64,000 bases of DNA from Candidatus Babeliales bacterium (GTDB lineage Bacteria; Babelota; Babeliae; Babelales; Vermiphilaceae). The position numbers were made by a program, and so were the translations under genes. Positions 53,443 to 63,429 of this stretch are shown here, piece by piece. Positions within the stretch are counted from its first letter, which is position 1. The number at the start of each line of letters is the position of its first letter. The notes under the pieces were generated by a model that did no database searches, was not told the origin of the DNA, and was given only the letters and a program-made list of their open reading frames with translations. The DNA is taken from positions 512,001 through 576,000 of the forward strand of contig CAVUQO010000003.1 of assembly GCA_963743635.1 (NCBI GenBank), given 5' to 3'.

Positions 53443-55005
53443 TTACTTGATTCCCGACCCTTCAGATTTAAGAGCAGCTTCTTGAGGCCTCTTTTCTTTA
53501 ATGCGTTTTCTCGCTCGAGGAAGCATCTTTGAAGTGAATGTGGTTGCACCCTTAACGCCTTTATAATAGTTGGCAGCTTTTTGTTGCGTTTTTATCACTT
53601 GCTGTGCAAATATTTTTTCCTCTTCAGTCATAGTGCTTTCATCACCAAATTGAATGATTCGTCCATTATTTGCAAGGAATTGGGAGAAAAGGGATGCATG
53701 CTTTAATGGATCGCGCGTGATGAGAACCACGCCCGTTGGATCATTCAGTTTTGTTCCATGAACTCCGAGTATTTGAAATGTCTGAGAATCTTTTTTTAAA
53801 ACTGCAGCTTTAGTCCGAGAGTGAAAATATTCACCCGCGGTAAAGAAGCTTATTGCAGTAAAGAGGGGTGCGATAAAAAAAAGATCGGAACTTCGATTAT
53901 CAATATAATCCCTTTTATTGATGAGTAAGGCGTAGCCCGCGTTTTTTCTTAAAAATAAATAAGCGCATGCGGTGGGATCATTGAATATTCCAGCAAAAAG
54001 AGAGTTACCAAAAGATATAGAATAAGGTTTCAATGTATTTTGTTTGTATTCTTTTTCAAAAGATGCTTCTTGTGAATTGAGGACTGTAGTACCAGCGAGA
54101 ATCTTATTTTCTGACTTATTACCAACTATTGCAGGTTCGAATTTTATAAAAGATGTACCACGCACAACTATTGCCTTATTGAGCTTTCTCGCTTCATATT
54201 CTATATCAATATAATGTGAAATTATTTGATATTCAAACTCTGATCCTATGCCAAGGAAAAATTCTCTAGCTAATCTCGGATCATAATTTTCGTCGGCTAG
54301 TAACTGATTGACGAACGAACTTAAAATTTCCATTGCTTTATCTTTAATCAGATCGCAGCATTCGAGTGAGTTTTTGCAAGAGCGAAGATTTGGATATGAT
54401 TCTAACAAAAGATTGACGATTGCATCATTCATATAATAATGAAGATCATGACCAGGCTTAACAATTCTTTGATTCATGTTCTGATATATCGTCTTAATAT
54501 CTTGTCTTATTTCCTCAGCTTCTTTTTTACTCTCTATTATTGGATTTAGTCTCAGTGTATGACTTTTAGGGTCAGACATCTCTTTTTTTATATCCATCGG
54601 AATGGTAGGTTCACTCGTTTCATTGGGTATAAGCAGATCTAATATTAGATAGAGCTCATAGAGTGCGGTTGGAAAAAAAATAACGCGATAGGTATTATTC
54701 CCCGTTGCATGCTGTATCTTTTTTTCTATCCAAAGCTCTTCGGCATTTGGCTTATCGGGTGTAAAGAGATCCCCCGTTTCAGCGAGTACCTTGCGCCGTT
54801 CGGTAATTGGATCGAGCGCATACGCAGCGCTTGCAGGCCATTGGTATTGTAACAATATTTTTTCGATAACTGGGTTGTTTTTTTTATCCGAATCATCGAG
54901 TGGCGTAAAGCCGGCTTCAGTTTGCTTGAGAATAAGCAGTTCTGCGTGGGCGATTCGTGAGCAAAACAGCAAGCTTATTGCAAATAAACGAATTTTTGAA
55001 TACAT
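53443..55005 (-). CDS. Exported 520-aa protein inserted between the two 3'-end copies; possible ADP-ribosyltransferase-like C-terminal domain
   Basis: Signal ...RIAHA|E; VVRG...SISF...GYALLI...GEYFH motif order; appears AT-rich. Confidence 0.75.
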   Translation of the reverse strand: MYSKIRLFAISLLFCSRIAHAELLILKQTEAGFTPLDDSDKKNNPVIEKILLQYQWPASAAYALDPITERRKVLAETGDLFTPDKPNAEELWIEKKIQHATGNNTYRVIFFPTALYELYLILDLLIPNETSEPTIPMDIKKEMSDPKSHTLRLNPIIESKKEAEEIRQDIKTIYQNMNQRIVKPGHDLHYYMNDAIVNLLLESYPNLRSCKNSLECCDLIKDKAMEILSSFVNQLLADENYDPRLAREFFLGIGSEFEYQIISHYIDIEYEARKLNKAIVVRGTSFIKFEPAIVGNKSENKILAGTTVLNSQEASFEKEYKQNTLKPYSISFGNSLFAGIFNDPTACAYLFLRKNAGYALLINKRDYIDNRSSDLFFIAPLFTAISFFTAGEYFHSRTKAAVLKKDSQTFQILGVHGTKLNDPTGVVLITRDPLKHASLFSQFLANNGRIIQFGDESTMTEEEKIFAQQVIKTQQKAANYYKGVKGATTFTSKMLPRARKRIKEKRPQEAALKSEGSGIK

Positions 55006-55044
55006 AAATTTTCCCTTTTTTTTAGTGCGCTCGGTACGGGCGCG

Positions 55045-56505
55045 TTATTTGATTTCAGTAAATTCTATTTTCTCATTGCTCAAATAATGCTTCTTCATGA
55101 ATTCAAGCGACTCTTTGCGATTTTTCATTGAAGTCTTGCAGACCGTTTTGCCCAAGTAAAAGAGATTAATCAGATTAATTGTTTCTTTAAATTGGTTATC
55201 ATTTTGCAAGCCTTCTTGTATGCGCGCAGACCAGTTTTTGATCGCTTCAGATTGAGCTGTTTTTTCATCTTTTTTGTTTTCTTTATAATCATGCGGTTTT
55301 AAATAATTTGCAGATGATGCTTCGCGCCCATAGTTTTTGGTAAACCATTCCACTTGTTCTGTCGGTGGATAGGTGCGGTCAATGACGAAATCGGGTTCTA
55401 GGCCGGTTGCTTGGATTGTTGTGTCATTTGAGAAGTAGTAGATGGAAGTCGTCAATTTAAGCGCGCAGTTGTTGCTGATTGGTATCACTTCTTGCACCGT
55501 CCCTTTGCCATGGCTATCTGACCCGACGAGGAATACTTGAAGGTTATTGTTACCGGCATCGGAATGAATACGCAAGCAGCCAGCAAGAATTTCCGCTGCT
55601 GATGCGGTATAGTTATTCACCAGAATAAAGATTGGTGGTGGGTTTTTGACCATAGGATCGCGGCGCGTTACATAACGATCAGTTTCTTTATTGTTTTTAT
55701 TGCGTGACGATACGATATGCGTTCCTTTATCAAGGAATATCCCTGCGATGTCGACCGCTGATGAAAGTAATCCGCCCAGATTATTGCGCAGATCAAGAAT
55801 GAGTGCTTTGTATTCTTTCTTTTTTGAAAGTTCAATTAGTTTTTCTAGCTGCTTTAAGGCATTATCGCTAAAAGAGTTGAGCAATAAATAGCAGATGTTT
55901 TGTTTTTCTAAATAAAATGAGAGTGTATTTTGCTCATTAATAAGATCGCGTGTGATATCAAAGGTGAGTACGTTTTGATTTTTATCACGCATAATTTTCA
56001 ATTGCACCTTGGTGTCGCGTGGGCCTTTAATGCGTGCGGTTGCCTCATCAGTTGTCATGCCATCAAGTGATTTGCCATCAATTTCAACAATCTTATCCAT
56101 CGGCCGCAATTCAGCTTTTTCTGCGGGGCCGCCGGGCACTACGTCAATAATAGTGAGCGTTTTATCTTTTGGTTGGCGTGTATTATCGATTACTACGCCA
56201 ACGCCATAAAATTCACCACTGGTGGCATCGAGAATCATTTTATATGTCTTGGGATCGAGAAACGCTGAATGCTTATCAAGACTGTTTAAAAAAGCATCAA
56301 TTGCCTTGATCATGCAGTCTTCCACGTCATCCGCTTTATAGTGCCGTTGTTTTGTGAGATTTACCGTTTCAGCAAAGGTGCGTGTCCAGTTATAAAAGAG
56401 GGTGTCAAAATCCCCTTTGGGTGTTTCAGGTTTTTCATCTGCGAAGAGGGAAAGCGGGATAAGAAGATGGGTGATGCATAATGCATATTTGAGGGTGTTT
56501 TTCAT
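55045..56505 (-). CDS. ctpA: S41-family carboxyl-terminal processing protease (PDZ plus protease)
   Basis: LDKHS, GEFYGVG, GGPAEKA, ILDLRNNLGG, TASAAEI (Ser), HGKG (Lys), GLEPD. Confidence 0.92.
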   Translation of the reverse strand: MKNTLKYALCITHLLIPLSLFADEKPETPKGDFDTLFYNWTRTFAETVNLTKQRHYKADDVEDCMIKAIDAFLNSLDKHSAFLDPKTYKMILDATSGEFYGVGVVIDNTRQPKDKTLTIIDVVPGGPAEKAELRPMDKIVEIDGKSLDGMTTDEATARIKGPRDTKVQLKIMRDKNQNVLTFDITRDLINEQNTLSFYLEKQNICYLLLNSFSDNALKQLEKLIELSKKKEYKALILDLRNNLGGLLSSAVDIAGIFLDKGTHIVSSRNKNNKETDRYVTRRDPMVKNPPPIFILVNNYTASAAEILAGCLRIHSDAGNNNLQVFLVGSDSHGKGTVQEVIPISNNCALKLTTSIYYFSNDTTIQATGLEPDFVIDRTYPPTEQVEWFTKNYGREASSANYLKPHDYKENKKDEKTAQSEAIKNWSARIQEGLQNDNQFKETINLINLFYLGKTVCKTSMKNRKESLEFMKKHYLSNEKIEFTEIK

Positions 56506-56600
56506 AGGAAATCCTTTTTGGTAAAATGTAGTTATCAATCATAATAATGATATGATGAAGGCATACGAAATAGTTTGATGCAAAAAGAGAGGTGGCACGC

Positions 56601-57515
56601 ATGGAATCAGAACATATCTCTGCAGATTTAATAAAACAGGTGCATGTACAAGGCAGTCATGAAGATCAAGTGATTATTGTGACTGGATATTCAGGGGCGG
56701 GTAAGAGTTCCGTGCTGCGCACGCTTGAAGATAGTGGCTTTTTGTGTGTGGATAATTTGCCGATTGCATTGCTAGGACAATTTTTCGATCTTATTGATCA
56801 AACAACGATGGGTAAAAAGCGGGTTGCCCTCGGGATCGATATTCGTGGTGGGGATCGCATGGAATCGGTAGTTGAAGCACTGTTGCATATGAAGATTAAG
56901 TTTTCCACCTTAAAAATTCTTTTTTTACGTGCGAGTGCACCTATACTCATGAAGCGATTTCAAGAAACGCGGCGCAAGCATCCGCTTGCCGATAACATTC
57001 ATTTGAGTGATGCGATCGAGCAGGAGCGCATTATGCTGCAGCCGCTCGTTGATCGTTCTGATATGATTTTCGATACCGATCAGCTTACCGTGCATCAATT
57101 GCGCAGTATGATACGTGCAACTTTCTCGCAAGGGCAATCACAAAAAATAGTCGTGAGCTTGATTTCATTCGGATTCAAATATGGTATTCCCACTGAAAGT
57201 AATTATGTATTCGATGTGCGCTCGTTGCCTAATCCCTATTTTGTAGAATCGCTCAAATTGCATACCGGGACCGATGCCTGCATCAATGCATATTTGTTTG
57301 AAAAGCAGCCAGTTCAGGAATATTGGGTCCGACTTATTGATTTTATACGATACGCTATTGCAAAATCATATGAGGAAGGGCGATGTTTTATCAATATTGC
57401 GATCGGATGTACTGGTGGAAAACATCGTTCAGTGGCATTTATTGAAAAAATTGCGCTTGAGGAGATCCCCAATACTCATTTTCTATTGCAGCATCGTGAT
57501 ATAGAGCGGGACTAA
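56601..57515 (+). CDS. rapZ: RapZ/YvcJ P-loop nucleotide-binding protein
   Basis: TGYSGAGKS, CVDNLP, ETRRKHPL, SFGFKYG, DVRSLPNP, GCTGGKHRSV. Confidence 0.94.
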   Translation: MESEHISADLIKQVHVQGSHEDQVIIVTGYSGAGKSSVLRTLEDSGFLCVDNLPIALLGQFFDLIDQTTMGKKRVALGIDIRGGDRMESVVEALLHMKIKFSTLKILFLRASAPILMKRFQETRRKHPLADNIHLSDAIEQERIMLQPLVDRSDMIFDTDQLTVHQLRSMIRATFSQGQSQKIVVSLISFGFKYGIPTESNYVFDVRSLPNPYFVESLKLHTGTDACINAYLFEKQPVQEYWVRLIDFIRYAIAKSYEEGRCFINIAIGCTGGKHRSVAFIEKIALEEIPNTHFLLQHRDIERD

Positions 57516-57579
57516 CCCTTCGATATGGGCGTGCCGCCCTACTCAGGATGAATTAAAAATGTCTCGAATGGGTGCGAAT
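57516..57579. repeat. REP-like palindrome, family A (degenerate)
   Basis: CCCTTCGATA-hairpin-CTCAGGATGAA followed by TGTCTCGAATGGG. Confidence 0.6.
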
Positions 57580-57595
57580 AATAAAAGGAGAAGCG

Positions 57596-57877
57596 ATGAA
57601 GAAATTATATGCGTACACGCTCTATACAATACTCGGCGTTGAAGTATTACTGTTTGCAGGTTTCTATTTTCGTGGTCCTCAGGGATTGCAAAAACTGAGT
57701 GGTATGTATGCAGAGCAGGATGTCATGCGTGAGGAAGTAGATAAGATCAATCAAGAAGTTGCAGCATTGAAGCATGATATTGATGCGTGGCAAAAACATC
57801 CATTTCATAAAGAAAAAATTGCACGCGAACAATTACAAATGGCTCGTACTGATGACGAAGTGTTTTATTTGACATAA
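57596..57877 (+). CDS. ftsB: Septum formation initiator FtsB/DivIC
   Basis: TM, GPQG turn, coiled coil, EKIAREQLQMA..DE; AAGGAG RBS. Confidence 0.85.
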   Translation: MKKLYAYTLYTILGVEVLLFAGFYFRGPQGLQKLSGMYAEQDVMREEVDKINQEVAALKHDIDAWQKHPFHKEKIAREQLQMARTDDEVFYLT

Positions 57878-57915
57878 AATATAGAAAAAATTGAATTAGA
57901 TAATTCTTCCCCTAA

Positions 57916-58049
57916 CCCATTCGATATTTTCCTCTCCTTACGGAATCGAAAAATCCTCAGGGCGAACGGGGATGGATATTATTTCCGTTCGCCCTGAGGA
58001 TTCTGAGTTGAGTGTAGCGAAACGAAGAATGTCTCGAAGGGTAAAACGG
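57916..58049. repeat. Head-to-head pair of family-A REP-like palindromes
   Basis: Perfect 18-bp inverted repeat AATCCTCAGGGCGAACGG (57952-57969)/CCGTTCGCCCTGAGGATT (57984-58001) with outer CCCATTCGA/TCGAAGGG arms. Confidence 0.85.
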
Positions 58050-58084
58050 AAGTAAGTAATATACACCCTTTAAAAAGGAATATC

Positions 58085-58699
58085 ATGTTTTATACCCTAC
58101 CAAAACTACCCTATGCCTATGATGCATTAGAGCCGCATATCGATGCGCGTACTATGGAAATTCATTATACCAAGCATCATCAAGCCTACATTGATAATCT
58201 CAATGCTGCGCTTGCAAAACATCCTGCAATTGCAGAAATACCGTTGTATGAGTTACTTTCAAATATGGATCAAGTGCCCCATGATATTCGCACGGCGGTA
58301 CAGAATAATGGCGGTGGTCACTATAACCATACTTTTTTCTGGGCCATCATGAGCCCTAATGGCGGCGGTGAACCAAAAGGAAGCGTCGCAGATGCCATCA
58401 ATAAAAAATTCGGTTCATTTTATGCATTCCAAGAGCAGTTTAATGCGGCAGCAAAGGGCGTTTTTGGCAGCGGATGGGCGTGGCTTGGAATCGATAAAAT
58501 GGGGCAGCTCATGATCATATCAGCACCAAATCAAAATGCGCCTATCATGCAAGGCATTAAGCCGATACTAGGCCTCGATGTCTGGGAGCATGCCTACTAC
58601 TTGAAATATCAAAATAAGCGTCCCGATTATATTACTGCATGGTGGAACGTGGTGAACTGGGAGCAGGTCGGGGAACACTTTGAATTGATAAGTCGCTAA
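58085..58699 (+). CDS. sodA: Superoxide dismutase, Mn-type signature
   Basis: [30 protein letters not shown]. Confidence 0.95.
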   Translation: MFYTLPKLPYAYDALEPHIDARTMEIHYTKHHQAYIDNLNAALAKHPAIAEIPLYELLSNMDQVPHDIRTAVQNNGGGHYNHTFFWAIMSPNGGGEPKGSVADAINKKFGSFYAFQEQFNAAAKGVFGSGWAWLGIDKMGQLMIISAPNQNAPIMQGIKPILGLDVWEHAYYLKYQNKRPDYITAWWNVVNWEQVGEHFELISR

Positions 58700-58789
58700 G
58701 ACAAGGTCATAGAAAAAAAGAAAAAATGGGCTATGCTGATAGAAATATCAGAAAGCCCATTTATATTGTTTATATAGGTACAAAGATCC

Positions 58790-60295
58790 ATGGAAAATCC
58801 AAGAGACCATTTAGAGCATGAAGCGCAAGAACATGCTTCCGGTGAACATAAAATTCGTCTTGAAAAAGTAGCTGCCCTTGAAAAAAAAGGCATACCCGTT
58901 TGGCCAGAAGCCAAATCGGTAGATTCAACGGCCCATGACGTGCTCGCCAATTTTCAAGAGGGAGTAGAATCAGGCTCATATACTCTCGCAGGTCGCCTCT
59001 TGGCGCGTCGAGAGCATGGTAAATCTGCTTTTGGGCGGATCCAGGATCGTACGGGTGATATACAAATTTATATCAAACAGGATGTAGTCGGCGATGAGCT
59101 ATTCAATCTGTTTGCACACTTCATTGATGTCGGGGATATTCTTTGGGTCAGCGGGCCTGCATTTAAAACAAAGACTGGTGAAATCACCATCAAAGTTGAG
59201 TCCTTCTCACTTTTAAGCAAGTGCCTGTATCCATTACCAGAAAAATTTCATGGCTTAGTTGATATTGAAACCAAATATCGCCAACGCTATCTTGATCTGA
59301 TTGCTAATAAAGATAGTCGTGAGCGTTTTAGACGTCGTTCTGAAATTATTCGTGCGATGCGTGCCTTTTTTGATCGACACGATTTTCTTGAAGTTGAAAC
59401 TCCGATGCTTCATCCCATTCCGGGTGGTGCAGCAGCGCGTCCATTCGTCACTCATCATAATGCGCTCGATGCTGAATTATATTTGCGCATAGCGCCAGAG
59501 CTTTACTTCAAGCGTCTTGTTATCGGCGGTTTTGAACGGGTCTACGAGATTAACCGCAACTTCAGAAATGAAGGTATTTCAACACGACACAATCCTGAAT
59601 TCACGATGGTTGAGTTTTATATTGCACATCATGATTATCATTTTATGATGGATTTCATTGAAGCTTTATTCAGAGAAATTGTGCAAAAAGCATGCGGTTC
59701 TCTACACGTTCCTTTTGGTGATTTAATCATTGATTTTGAAAAGCCATTTGCACGCTTACGTATGAAAGATGCGGTCATGCAATATGGTGATTTCAGCGAT
59801 GATGAATTGAGTGATGCCAATATTGATAAAGCGTTAAAATCTCGCTCAATAACCCTAGAGAACAAAAATGCTTCATGGGGTGAAAAACTGTTCGCCTTAT
59901 TTGAAGCATTTGTAGAATCAAATTTGAAACAACCAACGTTCATTATCGATTATCCAATAGAAGTATCTCCGCTTGCAAAACGTGATACACAAAATCCTGC
60001 GATTGCAGCGCGATTTGAAATGTTTATTGCGGGCATGGAAATCAGTAATGGCTTTAATGAGTTAAATGATCCGTTTGATCAAGCTGAGCGCTTTAAACAG
60101 CAAGCGCAAGCGCGCACAACAGGCGATACTGAAGCGCACCATTATGATGCTGATTTTATTCATGCATTAGAATATGGTTTGCCGCCAACCGTTGGTGCGG
60201 GGATTGGTATTGATCGTTTGGTCATGCTGTTGACCAATACTACTTCAATCAAAGATGTGATTTTATTTCCGACCTTAAAACGCAAAGAAAGTTAG
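58790..60295 (+). CDS. lysS: Lysine--tRNA ligase (class II)
   Basis: YRQRYLDL, GGAAARPF, LRIAPEL, FRNEG..HNPEF, GLPPT.G.GIGIDR. Confidence 0.97.
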   Translation: MENPRDHLEHEAQEHASGEHKIRLEKVAALEKKGIPVWPEAKSVDSTAHDVLANFQEGVESGSYTLAGRLLARREHGKSAFGRIQDRTGDIQIYIKQDVVGDELFNLFAHFIDVGDILWVSGPAFKTKTGEITIKVESFSLLSKCLYPLPEKFHGLVDIETKYRQRYLDLIANKDSRERFRRRSEIIRAMRAFFDRHDFLEVETPMLHPIPGGAAARPFVTHHNALDAELYLRIAPELYFKRLVIGGFERVYEINRNFRNEGISTRHNPEFTMVEFYIAHHDYHFMMDFIEALFREIVQKACGSLHVPFGDLIIDFEKPFARLRMKDAVMQYGDFSDDELSDANIDKALKSRSITLENKNASWGEKLFALFEAFVESNLKQPTFIIDYPIEVSPLAKRDTQNPAIAARFEMFIAGMEISNGFNELNDPFDQAERFKQQAQARTTGDTEAHHYDADFIHALEYGLPPTVGAGIGIDRLVMLLTNTTSIKDVILFPTLKRKES

Positions 60296-60302
60296 TAGTA
60301 TC

Positions 60303-62105
60303 ATGAATTCGACCCTTCGACCCATTCGCCAAGATCAGGGTCAGGATAAGCGATCTCGGATTCGTGGGGCGAAATATCTATGGAATATACCGAACGATGA
60401 TCGTGCGCGTACGCTTTCCATAGCATCTACCTACAATCTTTCTATTCCAATTGCTCAAACACTCGTTACTCGCGGGATTGTTGAAAAAGAGCAGTTGGAC
60501 GCTTATCTTTTTAGTTCCTTTGAGCGTGACGTTGCGCATCCTTCGCTTATGAAAGATGCTCAGAAAGCGGTCGAGCGTATTTTACAGGCAATTGAAAATC
60601 AAGAAAAAATACTTATTTTTGGTGATTATGACGTGGATGGTATTACGTCATCTTCGCTTATGCTGATTTGTTTGTTACCGCTTGATGCGCAGGTAAATTT
60701 CTTTTTGCCCAACCGTGTGCGTGATGGCTATGGTCTTTCAATCAAAGGGGTTGAGCGTGCAGCGCAGAATGGGTACAAGCTCATCATTACCGTTGATAAT
60801 GGTATTACGGCAATTGAGCCAGTAAAACGAGCGCGCGAGCTTGGCGTTGACGTTATCATCACCGATCACCACAGACCGCATGATCACGTGCCTGATGCAT
60901 ACGCAGTAGTGAATCCCAATCAGATTGATTGTCCGTATCCATTTAAGGTGCTTGCGGGTGTTGGCGTCACTTTTAAACTCCTCTCGCTGCTCTATGAAAA
61001 AAAAGGTTTGCAGATGCCATCAAAAGCATATGAACTGTTGCTGCTCGGCACAGTCGCTGACGTGGTGCCACTGCATGGAGAAAATCGTTTTTGGGTGCGT
61101 CATGGATTACAGTATGTTAATAGTGTTGAAAGTTTAGCGCTGCGTGTACTCAAAGCGAATGCGAGCTTCACCAAGGCATCAATGTCTGCAACCGATATTG
61201 GTTTTTCTATTGCGCCGCAACTCAATGCATTGGGACGTCTTGAAGATCCTCGTCGCGGCGTTAAATTTTTGATCGGTTCTGATGAACAGGAAACAGAACA
61301 AGTCGGCAAGGTACTCTTTGAACTGAATCAAGCGCGTAGAGAAATTGAGCGTTCTATTTATATGGATGTTGAAACGCAGATTCTTGAAAAGAAGATCGAT
61401 ATCGAGAAAGAAAATGTCATCATTGCGGCAAGTGATTCATGGCCTCCTGGTGTTATTGGTTTAGTGGCGTCTCGCTTAGTGGGGACGTATGGTAAGCCAA
61501 CGATATTGCTCCATATCACTAAAAATGGTATTGCAAAGGGATCATGCCGTTCAATTCCTGAATTTAATTTGTTTGATGCGCTGAGTGCATCTGGGCATTT
61601 GCTGGAACAGTTTGGTGGACATTCATTGGCTGCCGGCCTTTCGCTGAAATTAGAAAATGTTTCTGCATTAAAAGCGGCGCTTGAAAAGCGGGTTGCTGAA
61701 CAACTAACAGCAGAGGATCTAACGTTAAAATTATCAGTTGATGCGGAATTATCATTGGGTGATGTTTCGAAAAAATTCATGGCGGATATGAGTTTCTTGC
61801 AACCATTTGGTAATGAAAATGCAGAACCGGTCTTCTATCTCAAAAATGTGGTGCTCGTGCAAAAACCACAGTTGCTCAAAGATGTGCATGTGAAATGTAC
61901 GATATTTGCCGATGGTGTGGTAAAGCCGGTTATATTTTTCAAACGGCCCGATTTATTTGAACTCCTCAATCAGCAAGGTGAAGAGCCATTCGATTTAGCT
62001 GCGCAGATTAGTGAAAATCATTGGAATGGCAAGGTGTCTCTTGAATTAATGGGGCTTGATGCATCATTTAAAAAAATGAAGGAACAAGATGGTCATAACA
62101 ATTGA
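60303..62105 (+). CDS. recJ: ssDNA exonuclease RecJ
   Basis: GDYDVDG, GYG, TVDNG, TDHH, GTVAD, GSCRS, GGH..AAG, PFG..N. Confidence 0.96.
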   Translation: MNSTLRPIRQDQGQDKRSRIRGAKYLWNIPNDDRARTLSIASTYNLSIPIAQTLVTRGIVEKEQLDAYLFSSFERDVAHPSLMKDAQKAVERILQAIENQEKILIFGDYDVDGITSSSLMLICLLPLDAQVNFFLPNRVRDGYGLSIKGVERAAQNGYKLIITVDNGITAIEPVKRARELGVDVIITDHHRPHDHVPDAYAVVNPNQIDCPYPFKVLAGVGVTFKLLSLLYEKKGLQMPSKAYELLLLGTVADVVPLHGENRFWVRHGLQYVNSVESLALRVLKANASFTKASMSATDIGFSIAPQLNALGRLEDPRRGVKFLIGSDEQETEQVGKVLFELNQARREIERSIYMDVETQILEKKIDIEKENVIIAASDSWPPGVIGLVASRLVGTYGKPTILLHITKNGIAKGSCRSIPEFNLFDALSASGHLLEQFGGHSLAAGLSLKLENVSALKAALEKRVAEQLTAEDLTLKLSVDAELSLGDVSKKFMADMSFLQPFGNENAEPVFYLKNVVLVQKPQLLKDVHVKCTIFADGVVKPVIFFKRPDLFELLNQQGEEPFDLAAQISENHWNGKVSLELMGLDASFKKMKEQDGHNN

Positions 62106-62760
62106 TGGTCCATCAGCGAGCGGCAAATCGACTGCTGCTCAGGAACTTGCAAAAGAATTGGGCTTTTATTATCTCAATTCAGGATACTTGTATCGCGCAC
62201 TTGCTTATGTATTGATAACGCGCGAATCATATACGTTTGAAGAGCTTGCACATCCTCATCCTGAGGATCTTGAGCGCTATCTGAATGAAGAAGGTTTTTC
62301 ATATGAGTATGATGATGGAAGAGCGAGCATTATATTTGAGGGCCAGGATATTACAGCCCATCTCAAAACTCCTGATGTTGATCAAGGCGCGTCAATCTTG
62401 AGTCTCAATGAAGAGGTTCGTGATGTATTGATGCAGGTACAGCGTAGAATTGCGCAGAAACATGATATCATTGTCGAAGGACGCGATACCGGATCAGTAG
62501 TTTTTCCCTCAGCCGATTATAAATTTTTCCTAACAGCCTCGATGCAAGAGCGCGCAAGCCGTTGGCAGCATATGCAAGCAATGCGCGGCATATCCTATAC
62601 CACTGAACAGTCATTAGAAGCATTAGATGAACGAGACACGCGTGATAAAGAACGGGCCATTGCGCCCTTGCATGTGCCTCATGATGCCTTCATTATAGAT
62701 TCGACTGATCTAACTTCGAACCAAGTGGTTCAAGAAATGATGAAACATATTTGTGTATAA
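62089..62760 (+). CDS. cmk: Cytidylate kinase
   Basis: ITIDGPSASGKST, G.LYRA, EGRDTG..VFP, RD.RD..R..APL. Confidence 0.95.
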   Translation: MVITIDGPSASGKSTAAQELAKELGFYYLNSGYLYRALAYVLITRESYTFEELAHPHPEDLERYLNEEGFSYEYDDGRASIIFEGQDITAHLKTPDVDQGASILSLNEEVRDVLMQVQRRIAQKHDIIVEGRDTGSVVFPSADYKFFLTASMQERASRWQHMQAMRGISYTTEQSLEALDERDTRDKERAIAPLHVPHDAFIIDSTDLTSNQVVQEMMKHICV

Positions 62761-62807
62761 AACAAAACGAGCGTTGTGAAATAAATTCATAACGCTCGCT
62801 TTGTTTT
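62759..62807. terminator. Bidirectional terminator
   Basis: AAAACAAAACGAGCGTTGTGAA-ataaa-TTCATAACGCTCGCTTTGTTTT. Confidence 0.7.
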
Positions 62808-62829
62808 TCTGGGCTTGTTTAGCAGTCGA

Positions 62830-63156
62830 CTACCACATTGATGTTGATTTCTTGCCTTCGTCTTTCATTTCGCCTTTTTTACCGTGATGTTTTTTGTGGT
62901 GTTTGTCGCCATCTTTTTTCATGCCTTTTTCTTCTTCTTTTTTACCGTGGTGTTTTTTGTGATGTTTGTCACCATCTTTTTTCATGCCTTTTTCTTCTGA
63001 CTTTTTACCGTGGTGTTTTTTTTCTTCTTTTTTGCCTTCTGACTTTCTGCCGTATCCGCCTTTTTTGCCTGCTTTTTCAGAACCTTCGCCCTTTTTGCAA
63101 GCTGGTAAAGCTAGAAGCAAACTTACTGATAAAAGCGCTAGTAATCCCTTTTTCAT
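62830..63156 (-). CDS. Lys/His/Glu-rich repeat lipoprotein
   Basis: Lipobox LALPAC; tandem 21-aa unit KKHHGKKxEEKGMKKDGDKHH; AGGAG RBS. Confidence 0.78.
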   Translation of the reverse strand: MKKGLLALLSVSLLLALPACKKGEGSEKAGKKGGYGRKSEGKKEEKKHHGKKSEEKGMKKDGDKHHKKHHGKKEEEKGMKKDGDKHHKKHHGKKGEMKDEGKKSTSMW

Positions 63157-63373
63157 ACTGTTCTCCTGATTAAAGGGGCTGATATTTTAATGTCATCATA
63201 ATGTGGGATAATATTAAAAAGCAAGAATTTAATGTTATGGAAAAAAATAATTAAAAATATCGCTATATATTAGGGATGTTTGAAAAAGTGGCTGATGGAA
63301 GTAGGGCAACTTTTTGATCGGATCAGGTGTTTTGGTTGGGCGAAAGATATGGAGACAGGAGACTGAAAATAGT

Positions 63374-63413
63374 TCAAGGGATCTTACTGCATTGTGCACA
63401 GTAAGATCCCTTG
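63374..63413 (-). terminator. Terminator-like hairpin
   Basis: TCAAGGGATCTTACTG/CAGTAAGATCCCTTGA inverted repeat downstream of 63430-63633. Confidence 0.65.
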
Positions 63414-63429
63414 ATTGAATGCTGCTGTA

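Noticed and set aside
57916..58049. CRISPR array or IS ends
   Set aside because: The repeats are inverted and dispersed, with no repeat-spacer periodicity and no cas or transposase gene.
62838..63173. Plus-strand Phe/Cys/Leu-rich ORFs
   Set aside because: Antisense shadows of the Lys/His repeat lipoprotein.
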